This document shows positions 50,536-59,376 of a DNA stretch of 64,000 bases, in pieces (position 1 is the stretch's first letter; each line of letters opens with the position of its first letter). Below the pieces are notes generated by a model. The model was given only the letters and a program-made list of their open reading frames with translations. It was not told where the DNA came from and searched no databases. Where the stretch lies: the IMG/VR virus record IMGVR_UViG_3300032330_001742, positions 1 through 64,000 of that record. The stretch is one strand, 5' to 3'. Position numbers and translations under genes: made by a program. The stretch is from a virus (lineage: Duplodnaviria; Caudoviricetes).

Positions 50536-50814
50536 ATGAATGAACAAGTTAAAGCACTACTAGCATCATACGGACGCTCTGTTCTGGGTGCTGCAATCGC
50601 ACTATACATGTCTGGGGTTACAGATCCTAAGACTCTTGCATACTCATTGGTTGCTGCACTTGCACCAGTTGCATTGAGAGCAGTAAATCCAAATGATACG
50701 GCTTTTGGTAGACTACCAGCACTTGCTGATGTTGAGTCTGCAGTAAAGTCTGTAAAGGTCAAGAAGGCACCTGCCAAGAAGGCTGTTGCTAAGAAGGCTG
50801 CACCAAAGAAGTAA
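50536..50814 (+). CDS. Holin-like membrane protein with Lys/Ala/Pro tail
   Basis: Two TMs, NPNDTAFGR, KKAPAKKAVAKKAAPKK. Confidence 0.55.
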   Translation: MNEQVKALLASYGRSVLGAAIALYMSGVTDPKTLAYSLVAALAPVALRAVNPNDTAFGRLPALADVESAVKSVKVKKAPAKKAVAKKAAPKK

Positions 50815-50823
50815 TATATAAAT

Positions 50824-50864
50824 AAAATAGGCTAGGAGAATAAAACCTCTTAGCCTATTTTTTT
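50824..50864. terminator. Bidirectional terminator between convergent genes
   Basis: AAAATAGGCTAGGAG...CTCTTAGCCTATTTT. Confidence 0.8.
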
Positions 50865-51570
50865 ATGCCTCAAATAGGTTTGTAAAGATTGGCTTGTATG
50901 GAAAGTCTAAGCCTTTTCTTCTGGTATCAGTTTCTTTTTGATCACCAAAATAAAAAAATGAAACAACTGTCCATCTAGGATTTCCTGCAGTAATTTCAAG
51001 AATCTTGTGTTCATATGAATATGCTGAAGGAAAAATAAATAACTGACCCGCTTTAGGTTTAATTGTAACTCCAAAGTGAATAAACTCTAGTTCACCACCA
51101 ACATAATCATCATTAGGATAGTAAACCATAGATACAGTTCTTGGTGTTGCTAACGTATCATCTGCATGTGCACCAAAAAATTCTCCATTAGAGAATCTAG
51201 AAATACGCAAACTTTCTCTGCTTTTTGGATCTAGGTTCCAATGGTATAAATATGAGTTTACTGGACCACTAAACGCATTGTTTGCATCTGGATAGTTGTA
51301 CACCCAGCATGTATCAGATTGCTTACCATTTTCTTTTGTATATTCCAAATCATCAAAAAAATCTTCTCTAACCCATTTTTTATAACCTGGCTTATCACTA
51401 TTCTTTTCCCAAAATTCTTTTGTAAGTGTTTCATTAAAAAACTCCATTGAGTTTGGCCAAACATTATCATATATGTGCATTCCTGGAAATGGGGTTGTAA
51501 ATTTAAACTCATTACCATTTTGGTCTACAGTCACCCCACGGGCTGCGTTATTCAATCTTTGTTGATCCAT
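50863..51570 (-). CDS. 2OG-Fe(II) oxygenase (P4H-like)
   Basis: HAD, YPNDDYVGGEL, FPS...H...R. Confidence 0.85.
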   Translation of the reverse strand: MDQQRLNNAARGVTVDQNGNEFKFTTPFPGMHIYDNVWPNSMEFFNETLTKEFWEKNSDKPGYKKWVREDFFDDLEYTKENGKQSDTCWVYNYPDANNAFSGPVNSYLYHWNLDPKSRESLRISRFSNGEFFGAHADDTLATPRTVSMVYYPNDDYVGGELEFIHFGVTIKPKAGQLFIFPSAYSYEHKILEITAGNPRWTVVSFFYFGDQKETDTRRKGLDFPYKPIFTNLFEA

Positions 51571-51590
51571 AATATTCCTTTGTTCTTAAC

Positions 51591-51619
51591 AATTATACCA
51601 TAGGTGTTTCTGGTATACT
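51591..51619. promoter_or_regulatory. Back-to-back divergent extended -10 promoters
   Basis: AATTATACCA (minus-strand TGGTATAAT) and TGGTATACT (plus). Confidence 0.65.
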
Positions 51620-51625
51620 TTCTAG

Positions 51626-52333
51626 ATGCCTGGTTTTTTTATATCAACGCCACCTAGATGTGGAACTCACCTTATTGTAGATTCTGTTGCATTTGCAACA
51701 CAGTCTCACTCAATGAGATTTACTAAGTATGATGATGATTTTTGGAATCATCCGACGGTAAAGAATAGATCTAATGCAGTAATTGGAATTCATGCACATA
51801 ATGATAACGATAGGTTATTTAAATATGCTAAATCAAATAAGATAATTACAACAGAGAGACACCCCATTGGCCAAGCGTTATCTATTTTGTTTATGCATAA
51901 TAGAGGATTTTCTCCTGACTGGCCAGATAACAAGATGTTTGATTCTGAACTATTTAAGACTATGATGCCAAACTCAGAGCAGTTTCTATCTTATATTGGC
52001 AGTAGGCAGTTTGCTAGTTACAGAGAGATCACATCAGATTGGTCTAAGCATGGAGAGTGCTTCAGTTTTGATAAACTGGTATCAGGTAATACAGGTGAAT
52101 TAGACAGGCTTAGCGATTATGTTGGATCCAAGGTTGTCTTAAAGGATATTGAAAAGAGTAAAAAGAAGTACAACGATGGTATAGTATTTCTTGGAGATCC
52201 TAACTTATGGAAGACCATTGTGTCTCAAGAGATAGCATCAGAGGTTGCAAAGATATTTCCAGAGTACGATATGGAAACCTACAATCCATCACCTGTAGAT
52301 GGTGATTGGCTTTTTAAACAACTTCTGGTATAA
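51626..52333 (+). CDS. Sulfotransferase-family protein
   Basis: STPPRCGTH 5'-PSB loop; RHP....S 3'-PB motif. Confidence 0.65.
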   Translation: MPGFFISTPPRCGTHLIVDSVAFATQSHSMRFTKYDDDFWNHPTVKNRSNAVIGIHAHNDNDRLFKYAKSNKIITTERHPIGQALSILFMHNRGFSPDWPDNKMFDSELFKTMMPNSEQFLSYIGSRQFASYREITSDWSKHGECFSFDKLVSGNTGELDRLSDYVGSKVVLKDIEKSKKKYNDGIVFLGDPNLWKTIVSQEIASEVAKIFPEYDMETYNPSPVDGDWLFKQLLV

Positions 52334-52339
52334 TATATA

Positions 52340-52392
52340 TACCTGCCTAAAAAGGGGGTACAAATAACTTATTCGCTTGAAAGGGGAATAAT
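52340..52392 (+). promoter_or_regulatory. Structured hsp20 5' UTR, ROSE-like thermometer candidate
   Basis: Two hairpins; TTATTCGCTT pairs with AAGGGGAATAA (SD). Confidence 0.5.
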
Positions 52393-52797
52393 ATGATGAA
52401 AGCAACACTGGATCTTTTTAATGATCCATTCTTTAATACCTTTAGCACAATTGCAAAGGTTCAAAATACAACAAACTATCCACCTTATAATCAAATTAAA
52501 ATAAATGACAAAGAGTATATTCTTTCATTTGCTTTGGCTGGTTTTACTAAGGATGATGTTTCTATTTCGCTAGATAACCGAACGCTCACAATTCGTGGTG
52601 ATCGAAAGGAAATAGAATTACCAGAGGGTGCAGAGTATCTACATCGTGGAATTGCAGCACGTAAGTTCACCGATATCTTTACCCTTCCTGAGTTTGTTGA
52701 AGTTGTGGGTGCGGATTTTAAAGATGGCATTTTAAATGTTAAACTTGAAAAACAAATCCCAGAAGATAAACTACCGAAGATCATTGAAATTCAGTAG
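52393..52797 (+). CDS. Small heat shock protein (Hsp20/IbpA-like)
   Basis: NYPPYN, LAGF, YLHRGIA, DGIL. Confidence 0.93.
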   Translation: MMKATLDLFNDPFFNTFSTIAKVQNTTNYPPYNQIKINDKEYILSFALAGFTKDDVSISLDNRTLTIRGDRKEIELPEGAEYLHRGIAARKFTDIFTLPEFVEVVGADFKDGILNVKLEKQIPEDKLPKIIEIQ

Positions 52798-52809
52798 TAC
52801 AATGTAATT

Positions 52810-52925
52810 GTCGGGGGAGACAGCGACATTAAATACCTGGTATGCCTCACGTAGGACCTTGGGATGGATTAGTTACCTATTCTATACGACCTGGGCCATT
52901 GTGCTTGAATCGCCTACGTGGGGCT
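52810..52925 (+). ncRNA. Candidate structured non-coding RNA, family unknown
   Basis: TACAAT 6 nt upstream; 5' hairpin plus 12-bp stem 52844-55/52913-24; GC-richer than its surroundings. Confidence 0.5.
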
Positions 52926-52953
52926 CTTAATATTTTGCGGTATAATATTATTA

Positions 52954-53220
52954 ATGACTAACAAAGAGTTAGAGACATATAATAAGCAAGAGTATAAAAG
53001 AAAACTTGCTAAGATAAAAGAAGATTCTGGCTGTGTTGATTGTGGTGTATCTAATCATATAGTTTTAGATTTTGATCACCTTAGAGATAAAAAATATAAT
53101 ATATCAAGAATGATTCATGATGGTTTTTCTTGGAAGGCTATAAAAAAAGAAATAGAAAAGTGTGAAGTAGTATGTGCAAACTGCCATAGGGTGAGAACTC
53201 ATAATAGGTTGACAGCGTAA
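52954..53220 (+). CDS. Small HNH endonuclease-like protein
   Basis: CVDC, FDH, CANCH. Confidence 0.8.
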   Translation: MTNKELETYNKQEYKRKLAKIKEDSGCVDCGVSNHIVLDFDHLRDKKYNISRMIHDGFSWKAIKKEIEKCEVVCANCHRVRTHNRLTA

Positions 53221-53259
53221 ACAATTTAGTATACAATTAGAGTATACAAAGGGAGAATT

Positions 53260-53349
53260 ATGATACACGCACTATTTCTTATTCCAGCATTTATAATGGG
53301 GTATGTAGCCTGTTATGTTGCAATGACTTATAAAGTAGATCAAAACTAA
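53260..53349 (+). CDS. Small membrane peptide (not in track)
   Basis: AGGGAG SD; TTGACA-17-TACAAT promoter 53209-53237. Confidence 0.5.
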   Translation: MIHALFLIPAFIMGYVACYVAMTYKVDQN

Positions 53350-53492
53350 TGCGTTCTGATTTTATTGACGCATCTAATAATAATCTTAAAACATGTATGA
53401 AATGTTTAGACGATTCTAATGATGAAAATTTTTGGGAAAATCATCAGGAGATGCGTGACAATATTATTTGGTGTGTTTCCAAAGGGCAGTAG
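53349..53492 (+). CDS. Small hypothetical protein (not in track)
   Basis: 47 aa with CMKC; stop overlaps the tRNA 5' end. Confidence 0.4.
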   Translation: MRSDFIDASNNNLKTCMKCLDDSNDENFWENHQEMRDNIIWCVSKGQ

Positions 53493-53559
53493 TTCAGTTG
53501 GTTAGAGCACCACTCTTATAAGGTGGTTGTCGTGGGTTCAAGTCCCACCTGCCCTACCA
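53483..53559 (+). tRNA. tRNA-Ile(TAT)
   Basis: AGGGCAG/CTGCCCT acceptor, A73, CCA; CCACT-CTTATAA-GGTGG anticodon arm. Confidence 0.88.
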
Positions 53560-53560
53560 G

Positions 53561-53634
53561 TTCCCCTTCGTATAACGGCAATACGCCACCCTTTGGAGGT
53601 GGTCATCGTGGTTCGAATCCATGAGGGGAAGCCA
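53561..53634 (+). tRNA. tRNA-Gln(TTG)
   Basis: TTCCCCT/AGGGGAA acceptor, G73, CCA; CCACC-CTTTGGA-GGTGG. Confidence 0.9.
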
Positions 53635-53655
53635 ATACTATGGTATAATTTTTAC

Positions 53656-54105
53656 ATGGAGTCACTACTAAACATGCTTAAAGTTTTGCTTGCAGATAAC
53701 ATTACCCTTAAACTTAAAGCCCATGGCTATCACTGGAATGTTGAAGGAGATGATTTTCTTCAGTATCATGAACTTTTTGAAAACATTTATACAGATTATG
53801 ATGGTGCAACAGATACTTATGCTGAATGGCTTCGCAAGTTAGATACATATGCACCATTTAAACTTTCTCGCTTTATTGAACTTAATGAAGTTGGAGAACC
53901 AGATGTAACTTCAGATCCAATGATGATGGCAGCAGATTTACTTATGGCTAATGATATGGTTCTTTCTAAACTTATGGATGCTTTTGATATGGCAACAGCA
54001 CAACGCCAACAAGCACTTGCAAACTTTTTTGCAGAAAGAATGGATATGCATCAAAGATGGCATTGGATGCTTTCGGTATCACTAAAAGAAGTAGGTATGG
54101 ATTAA
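53656..54105 (+). CDS. dps: Dps ferritin-like protein
   Basis: HGYHWNVEG..F..YHELFE, AE, WML. Confidence 0.9.
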   Translation: MESLLNMLKVLLADNITLKLKAHGYHWNVEGDDFLQYHELFENIYTDYDGATDTYAEWLRKLDTYAPFKLSRFIELNEVGEPDVTSDPMMMAADLLMANDMVLSKLMDAFDMATAQRQQALANFFAERMDMHQRWHWMLSVSLKEVGMD

Positions 54106-54641
54106 TGTCTGATTGCTGTCCAGAAATAATTAGTAAACAAGATCCATGTTGGGATGGTTATGTTCAGCGTGGCATGAAAGAACAAGGTGGAAAGATGGTT
54201 CCTAACTGTGTTCCTTCAGAAAAATCAGATGCACCTATGGATGTTGCTAATAACCCAACTATTAGTGACCCAACACCTGCAGCACCTAATGGATTAGGAA
54301 TGAAAAGACCACAATACATGTTAAATCAAGCACGTCCAACAAAGCCCCTTAAAATTCACAATAAGCCTGGTGTAGATATTTGGGCTGGATCTGCTTTTGG
54401 ATCAAAAAAGTATGACGAAATTGTAAAAGATAATCCAGTAATGCCAACTGACACATATCAGGTTCCCGAATATGATGGTTGTGGTTGTGAAACATGCATG
54501 GAACTAAATGTAAATTGTAATAATTGTCCTGTCTGTGGACCAACACAAGTAAATGATGTTTCAGAACTTGGAAAAAGTATTTTTAATTTAGAAACAGCAG
54601 CATCATTAATAACTAAACAAACAATAAGATGGGATAAGTAA
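54105..54641 (+). CDS. Cys-rich hypothetical protein
   Basis: PCWDGYVQ..MVPNCVP; CGCETC..CNNCPVC. Confidence 0.6.
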   Translation: MSDCCPEIISKQDPCWDGYVQRGMKEQGGKMVPNCVPSEKSDAPMDVANNPTISDPTPAAPNGLGMKRPQYMLNQARPTKPLKIHNKPGVDIWAGSAFGSKKYDEIVKDNPVMPTDTYQVPEYDGCGCETCMELNVNCNNCPVCGPTQVNDVSELGKSIFNLETAASLITKQTIRWDK

Positions 54642-54787
54642 TGCCAAAAAAGAAAGCGGGATCTTTTAACGATACTCAAATTAAGGATGGCTGGATAGTT
54701 AAGATTCGTAAAGATGGAACTATTAAGTCTAAAGTAGAAAGATACTTTAATAAAACTACACAACTAAAACCAAAATCAGAAAGATAA
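54641..54787 (+). CDS. Small basic protein (not in track)
   Basis: MPKKKAGSFNDTQIKDGWIV..., TAATG coupling. Confidence 0.55.
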   Translation: MPKKKAGSFNDTQIKDGWIVKIRKDGTIKSKVERYFNKTTQLKPKSER

Positions 54788-54793
54788 CTAGCC

Positions 54794-55813
54794 ATGCGCT
54801 TAGATAAAAATGGCATTGGAATTAATGATTCTGGTAAAGAGTATCTTTGGGATTTAACATATCAGTCAATATCATCTATAACAACTTCTGATTTAGATTT
54901 TTTTCATTTAACTTGGGCAAAAGATCCAGAAGGAATAGAAGAAAAATTTAATAATGCTGACAATAGCATACATGGTAATACAAATGGTTATCTTCCAACG
55001 CTAATAAATTCAAAATATAATTATAGGTTTAAAGATACATATCATGTTTTAGATTGTGTTCCAGTAGATTGGGCAAAAGATAGAAATAAAGACAGACAAA
55101 TAGAATATAGGTATAACTCTGATTGGTTTAGATCTGATCATTTTAAAAAAGAACATACAGGTATACACGTTTTGTTTTCTGGATGTTCAAATACAGAGGG
55201 TATTGGCGCTAACATTGAAAATACTTGGTCTCATATGTTATATAAAAAGATGTCAGAACAATATTATATGGATGGATACTATAACCTTGGTCAAAGTGGT
55301 GCAGGAATTGAGTCGATAATTCATAATATAACAAAATATATTAATGAGTATGGAGCACCAAATTTTATATTTTTACTACTTCCGAATATACTGCGTGGTT
55401 GGAAATGGAATGAGGAAGAGTCCAGATGGTACTACCATCAAGATAATCCTTGGGAAGATAACCCAGTAAAAGAAGAAACAATTAAAAAGCATAGAGATAG
55501 GTTTCCTACCTGGCTTTTTACAATGAGTATGTTTTTAAATTATTGTAAGGATAAAGACATTAAGGTAATTTGGAGTACATGGGATACTTGGGAAACAGAT
55601 AACTTAAAGTATGTTAAACAATTTGAGAATACCTTTTTGCCAATTTCAAAAATTACCATGGAAGATATAGAAACAAAGTACATTGATCTAATAAAAAGAG
55701 AAGATGCTATGGAAGCCAGAGATGGACATGATGGATATATAACACAAACACACTGGTATAATCATTTTAAGGAACTACTTGTTGCAAGGGGAACACTAAA
55801 TGATAATAATTGA
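54794..55813 (+). CDS. SGNH/GDSL-like protein (paralogue of 34653)
   Basis: EHTGIHVLFSGCSNTEG, YYNLG, ARDGH. Confidence 0.55.
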   Translation: MRLDKNGIGINDSGKEYLWDLTYQSISSITTSDLDFFHLTWAKDPEGIEEKFNNADNSIHGNTNGYLPTLINSKYNYRFKDTYHVLDCVPVDWAKDRNKDRQIEYRYNSDWFRSDHFKKEHTGIHVLFSGCSNTEGIGANIENTWSHMLYKKMSEQYYMDGYYNLGQSGAGIESIIHNITKYINEYGAPNFIFLLLPNILRGWKWNEEESRWYYHQDNPWEDNPVKEETIKKHRDRFPTWLFTMSMFLNYCKDKDIKVIWSTWDTWETDNLKYVKQFENTFLPISKITMEDIETKYIDLIKREDAMEARDGHDGYITQTHWYNHFKELLVARGTLNDNN

Positions 55814-55895
55814 TTCAATAAGAAATATTATAAAAAAAAGAAAATTAAAAAAAATATTAAAAGAAATTAACAAACCAAGAAAGTATATCTACTAA
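55800..55895 (+). CDS. Small Lys-rich peptide (not in track)
   Basis: 31 aa, fills the gap between two genes. Confidence 0.4.
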   Translation: MIIIDSIRNIIKKRKLKKILKEINKPRKYIY

Positions 55896-56522
55896 ATGTT
55901 AAGGGTAAACTCTTTCCCAAGAACCGCTAATATTTTTGTCTCTGGTTTTTTGCAGCAGTTTTTTACAATAGAAGACAAAACATATACACCACAAACTATG
56001 CATGACCTAAGTTTGCTTGACAACAAAGAAGTAAAACAAATAGTTATTATAAGAAATCCAAAAGACTGCATACCATCTTTTGAAATATTAAAAAAACTAA
56101 GTGATGAATATTGTGAAGAGCCAATTTTATATGCCATAAACGAATGGATTCGGTGGCATGAAAAAGTAATTGAAAATTCAGACCACTTGTTTTTATTTTC
56201 TTTTGAGCAAATCATCAATAATCCAGTAGACTGCTTAGTATCTGTTGCTGATATAAATAAAATTAAATACATGCCAAAATATGAAATGCACAATCACCAT
56301 GGCAGATGGGTTAATGCAAAAACACAACTGGGACCAGATGATTCAATTAGAAGCACATCAAAAAATAGCAAAGAGTATCAATCAAAAGTGGATGAGTATT
56401 TCAATCAAGATCCAGAAATTTTGGAAAGAGTAGAATTGCTTTATTCTAAATTAAAAGAAACCATCATTATAAATCAAAAATTATTTGGAATAAAAATAAA
56501 AGAAATGGGGAAAAATGAATAA
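55896..56522 (+). CDS. Sulfotransferase-like protein
   Basis: SFPRTAN, IIRNPKDCIPS, FEQIINNP. Confidence 0.6.
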   Translation: MLRVNSFPRTANIFVSGFLQQFFTIEDKTYTPQTMHDLSLLDNKEVKQIVIIRNPKDCIPSFEILKKLSDEYCEEPILYAINEWIRWHEKVIENSDHLFLFSFEQIINNPVDCLVSVADINKIKYMPKYEMHNHHGRWVNAKTQLGPDDSIRSTSKNSKEYQSKVDEYFNQDPEILERVELLYSKLKETIIINQKLFGIKIKEMGKNE

Positions 56523-57294
56523 AGGAAAACTTTTTTTAGTAGGAATGCCAATTGGTAATTGGGAAGATATGTCTGTCAGAGCATACAATTATATTAAAAA
56601 TGCAAAAAATATTGTTATCGAAAGAGAAGAAGCCTTTAGAGAAATTTGGCCTGCTTTAAATTTAGATAGAAGTGATGCAAATATAATATCTATTGAGTTT
56701 GAATCAAATGAAGGTGAGCCCACAGGGATTCCATATGAACTGCATAATGCAGGAAAGATACTTGATTTATTAAACAATGGAGAGGACGTGTTTGTAGTTT
56801 CTGATGAAGGAATGCCAGGAGTAGCAGATCCTGGAGCACACATCGTGGCAGAGGCAATTAAAGCAGGGGTAGAAATAACAGCAACACCTGGTCCTTCAGT
56901 AGTAATAGCAGCAGTTTCAGTTACTGGAACAATGCATAATTTTACTTTTGATTCATTTTTACCATTTGAAAGAGAAGACAAAAGAGAATTTCTTAAACAA
57001 AGAGCAGGACTTGCAACCCCACTTGTTTTAGTATTAAGGACAGTTAAAAATACAGATGGACCTAATCCAGTATCTATTTTTAGCAATGAAATTCCAGAGT
57101 TTTTAGAGGATGCCTGTGAAATATTTGGATCCAATAGGCATGCAGCACTTTGTTACAATTTAACAAGAAAAGATGAAAAGGTAGTAAGAGGAACACTCAA
57201 ATATCTTAAAGATTATTTTGCTACAGAGGAAAAAAATTTACGTGATCAGATCACTGTAGTTATTGATAAGAAGTTTGGATCAATGGCTATCTAA
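56515..57294 (+). CDS. RsmI-like tetrapyrrole-methylase-family methyltransferase
   Basis: GMPIGNWEDMSVRA, SDEGMPGVADPG, PGPS, FLP. Confidence 0.8.
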   Translation: MNKGKLFLVGMPIGNWEDMSVRAYNYIKNAKNIVIEREEAFREIWPALNLDRSDANIISIEFESNEGEPTGIPYELHNAGKILDLLNNGEDVFVVSDEGMPGVADPGAHIVAEAIKAGVEITATPGPSVVIAAVSVTGTMHNFTFDSFLPFEREDKREFLKQRAGLATPLVLVLRTVKNTDGPNPVSIFSNEIPEFLEDACEIFGSNRHAALCYNLTRKDEKVVRGTLKYLKDYFATEEKNLRDQITVVIDKKFGSMAI

Positions 57295-58711
57295 TAATAG
57301 ATTGCTTGTATGTTTTTTCCCATAGTTTAATGTCATTTTCGTCATTGAGCAAAGGCTGCCCCTTAATGTTTAAACTAGTATTAAGTAAAACTGGTACACC
57401 AGTTTCTAGATAAAATTTATTAACTGTTCTCCACAAGCCTCTATGATCATTTCTATTTACTGTTTGCACTCTAGATGTTCCATCAGCATGAACAACTGAA
57501 GGAATTTTTTCTGGTTGTAAACACTTAACAGTGTATTGCATATAAGGAGATGAGAAATCCATATCAAACCATTTTGACGCACACTCTTCTAAAACAACTG
57601 GAGCAAATGGTCTAAATAGTTCACGTTTCTTAATCATGTTTACTTTATCTTTAATGTTTGGATCTCTTGGATCAGCCAAAATTGACCTATTGCCAAGTGC
57701 ACGAGGACCATACTCTGCTCTACCAGTAGCAACAGCAGCAACTCCATCTTTTAATATTGTATCTACTATCTTTTGTACTGGGTATTCTCCACCAAGATCA
57801 TAGCCAAGATAAGGAGTTTCCCAATCAAGGTGCTTGCCATAAAGTGCTGCAGCAGCACCTAAAGAACTACCAGCATCACCTGGGTTTGGCATAATCCAAA
57901 TCATATCGAAAAGTTTCCATAGCGCTGTATTAGCAGAAGAGTTGAGTGCACAACCACCCATAAAAACTAAATTCTTTTTACCAGTGATTGCTTTTGCTTC
58001 TGCCATAAACTCCATAAGCCTTGTCTGGTACACAACCTGAACAGCAGCAGCAATATCAAACTTATCTTGTTCGCCCTTGATCCATCCCCAGTCAGTTATA
58101 CCTTTGTGAAAGTTATAAGACTGGCTGCGAAAGTTAGGGAAGTACTCGTCAACTTCCTTATAGTATCTACGCCAATCACCGTATGCAGCCATGCCCATCA
58201 TAATGTACTCTTCTTGGTTTGGCATTAGACCAATCAACTGTGTAAATGCAGAGTAGAACAAACCAAAACTAACAGGATAGTTTTGCTTATATTTTAATTT
58301 AATCTTATCACCTTCGCCTACCCAAACGGTAGATGTATTATATTCTCCAATTGCATCTAAGACTACAATTACTGCATCATTAAAAGGACTAGTATAGTAT
58401 CCTGCAGCAGCATGTGAATAATGATGACCAAAAGATTTTCTAGGTACATTAGGAAGGTCAAAGCGTGGCTTCCAATCCCCTGAACCACCCTTTATAAGCA
58501 GCCTGGAGGCCTTTAGAAGGGGTTTTTCATAGTAGGCTATACGATCTGGTAGGCCATGCTGTAAAGCATCATTAACTAAACTATCATTAACATACCAATC
58601 GTTTTTGTTTTTGCTATATCTTTCAGCATGTCCAGCAAATAATATTTTGCCATCTTCAATTAATGATACAGATGCATCATGTGAAGTTTCATTAATCCCT
58701 AAAATTCTCAT
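57287..58711 (-). CDS. Carbamoyltransferase (NodU/CmcH/TobZ family)
   Basis: HDAS, HHYSHAA, GGCALN, EYGPRALGNRS, RPFAP, LNTSLN. Confidence 0.92.
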   Translation of the reverse strand: MRILGINETSHDASVSLIEDGKILFAGHAERYSKNKNDWYVNDSLVNDALQHGLPDRIAYYEKPLLKASRLLIKGGSGDWKPRFDLPNVPRKSFGHHYSHAAAGYYTSPFNDAVIVVLDAIGEYNTSTVWVGEGDKIKLKYKQNYPVSFGLFYSAFTQLIGLMPNQEEYIMMGMAAYGDWRRYYKEVDEYFPNFRSQSYNFHKGITDWGWIKGEQDKFDIAAAVQVVYQTRLMEFMAEAKAITGKKNLVFMGGCALNSSANTALWKLFDMIWIMPNPGDAGSSLGAAAALYGKHLDWETPYLGYDLGGEYPVQKIVDTILKDGVAAVATGRAEYGPRALGNRSILADPRDPNIKDKVNMIKKRELFRPFAPVVLEECASKWFDMDFSSPYMQYTVKCLQPEKIPSVVHADGTSRVQTVNRNDHRGLWRTVNKFYLETGVPVLLNTSLNIKGQPLLNDENDIKLWEKTYKQSIIR

Positions 58712-59376
58712 TCGGCACCAGTAGAATCTCTTTTGTCTTTTAGCGGTATATTGTGATACCAATTTGGAAGAGCATATCTTGGCCCTTTTGTTACGGGATA
58801 GACCTCATGAACATACAAAAAGTTTGATGGGAAGAACAAAACACTTCCAGCCTTTGGCTTAAACTTTAATCCAGAGTGTCTAAATTCAATCTCACCACCT
58901 TCATAGTCATCATTTAGGTATAGTAGTACAGATAGAACTCTGCTACTTATCCCCTGATCTTGGTGGGCTGGTAAATGACCACTTTTATCATATTTCAAAA
59001 GATGCATTGTATGTTCTCTAGACTTAATATTCTTTTCAGCAAATGGGTATAGTTCTGTGGTGTAATGGTTTAATGTTTTATCTAATGCACCAAAAAGTTG
59101 TGACGAAATGCTTGCTTGCTCTTCTCTATAAACATCATTGGCTGGTATGTGTTCAACTTGTGGAATAAACTTTTGCCAACAAAACATTAATTTATTATCG
59201 CCTTCACCATATGTCCAAGCAACCCATGGCTTAACAGATGTTAGTTGAGGCTGTTTATCTTTTTCATATCTAGCATCTAATTCTTCAATTTGCTTAATCA
59301 AGGATGCAGGGTCTTTAATCACATTTGTATAATAGGCAATTCCTAAATCTAAAGTTTCAACATTAAATTCTTGCAA
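58708..59376 (-). CDS. 2OG-Fe(II) oxygenase
   Basis: HQD, YLNDDYEGGE, FPSN..YVHEV..V..G.RY. Confidence 0.88.
   Translation of the reverse strand: MQEFNVETLDLGIAYYTNVIKDPASLIKQIEELDARYEKDKQPQLTSVKPWVAWTYGEGDNKLMFCWQKFIPQVEHIPANDVYREEQASISSQLFGALDKTLNHYTTELYPFAEKNIKSREHTMHLLKYDKSGHLPAHQDQGISSRVLSVLLYLNDDYEGGEIEFRHSGLKFKPKAGSVLFFPSNFLYVHEVYPVTKGPRYALPNWYHNIPLKDKRDSTGAE

Noticed and set aside
52810-52925. Assignment to pistol, hammerhead or preQ1 families
   Set aside because: Only a superficial hairpin plus TTAAATA; the required cores and pseudoknot pairings were not found.
52842-52961. Short ORF MPHVGPWDG... across the candidate ncRNA
   Set aside because: No SD or leaderless spacing, atypical codons, and the start is adjacent to a 12-bp stem.
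53527-53655. N-terminal extension of Dps in the ORF track
   Set aside because: Overlaps two tRNAs; the leaderless ATG at 53656 fits the promoter.
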